A stretch of 63,271 nucleotides of DNA, counting the filler, from Octopus bimaculoides (lineage: Eukaryota): the NCBI RefSeq assembly GCF_001194135.2. It is 5 parts of 5 records of this genome, joined end to end, with 100 filler letters (N's around TTAATTAATTAA, not from the genome) between each part and the next. Parts side by side here need not be neighbours in the genome. Positions count along the whole stretch, not along the records: positions 60,513 to 63,271 come from NC_068981.1; 4 more parts are not named here. One strand, given 5' to 3'. The notes under the pieces were generated by a model that saw only the letters and a list, made by a program, of their open reading frames with translations, was not told the origin of the DNA and did not search any database. Below, piece after piece: positions 63,250-63,271 of the stretch (within the stretch, counting starts at the first letter, position 1; the number at the start of each line of letters is the position of its first letter). The position numbers were made by a program, and so were the translations under genes.

Positions 63250-63271
63250 ATATATATATATATATGTATAT

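Overview
AT-rich, microsatellite-dense, gapped eukaryotic DNA with no recognisable intact host gene. The SINE families and simple repeats look like an Octopus (coleoid cephalopod) genome; that is inference, not a database result. The window is mostly decayed transposons. There are two Helitron remnants: one on the minus strand with an N-terminal OTU protease domain, a lost Rep core and a 1.1-kb insert, and one on the plus strand with its 5' TC end and Rep domain. It also holds a HERO-type RLE non-LTR element, an R4/Dong-type RLE fragment, L1/Tx1 and CR1 LINE fragments, a Penelope GIY-YIG fragment, Tc1/mariner MITEs, a foldback element and about 40 tRNA-derived SINE pieces. The most interesting signal is non-coding. 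A ~327-bp repeat carries a type I hammerhead ribozyme with a palindromic helix III. It occurs twice (6472-6806 and 11334-11713) as circular permutations of each other. One copy has an intact catalytic core and an inverted segment that starts at the predicted cleavage site, consistent with a retrozyme-like circular RNA mobilised by Penelope-like elements. A second, unrelated minimal-hammerhead family forms a divergent inverted pair at 21119-21651. All protein and RNA-structure calls were made by eye. Repeat boundaries are approximate (about +/-10-20 bp) unless termini or TSDs are quoted.
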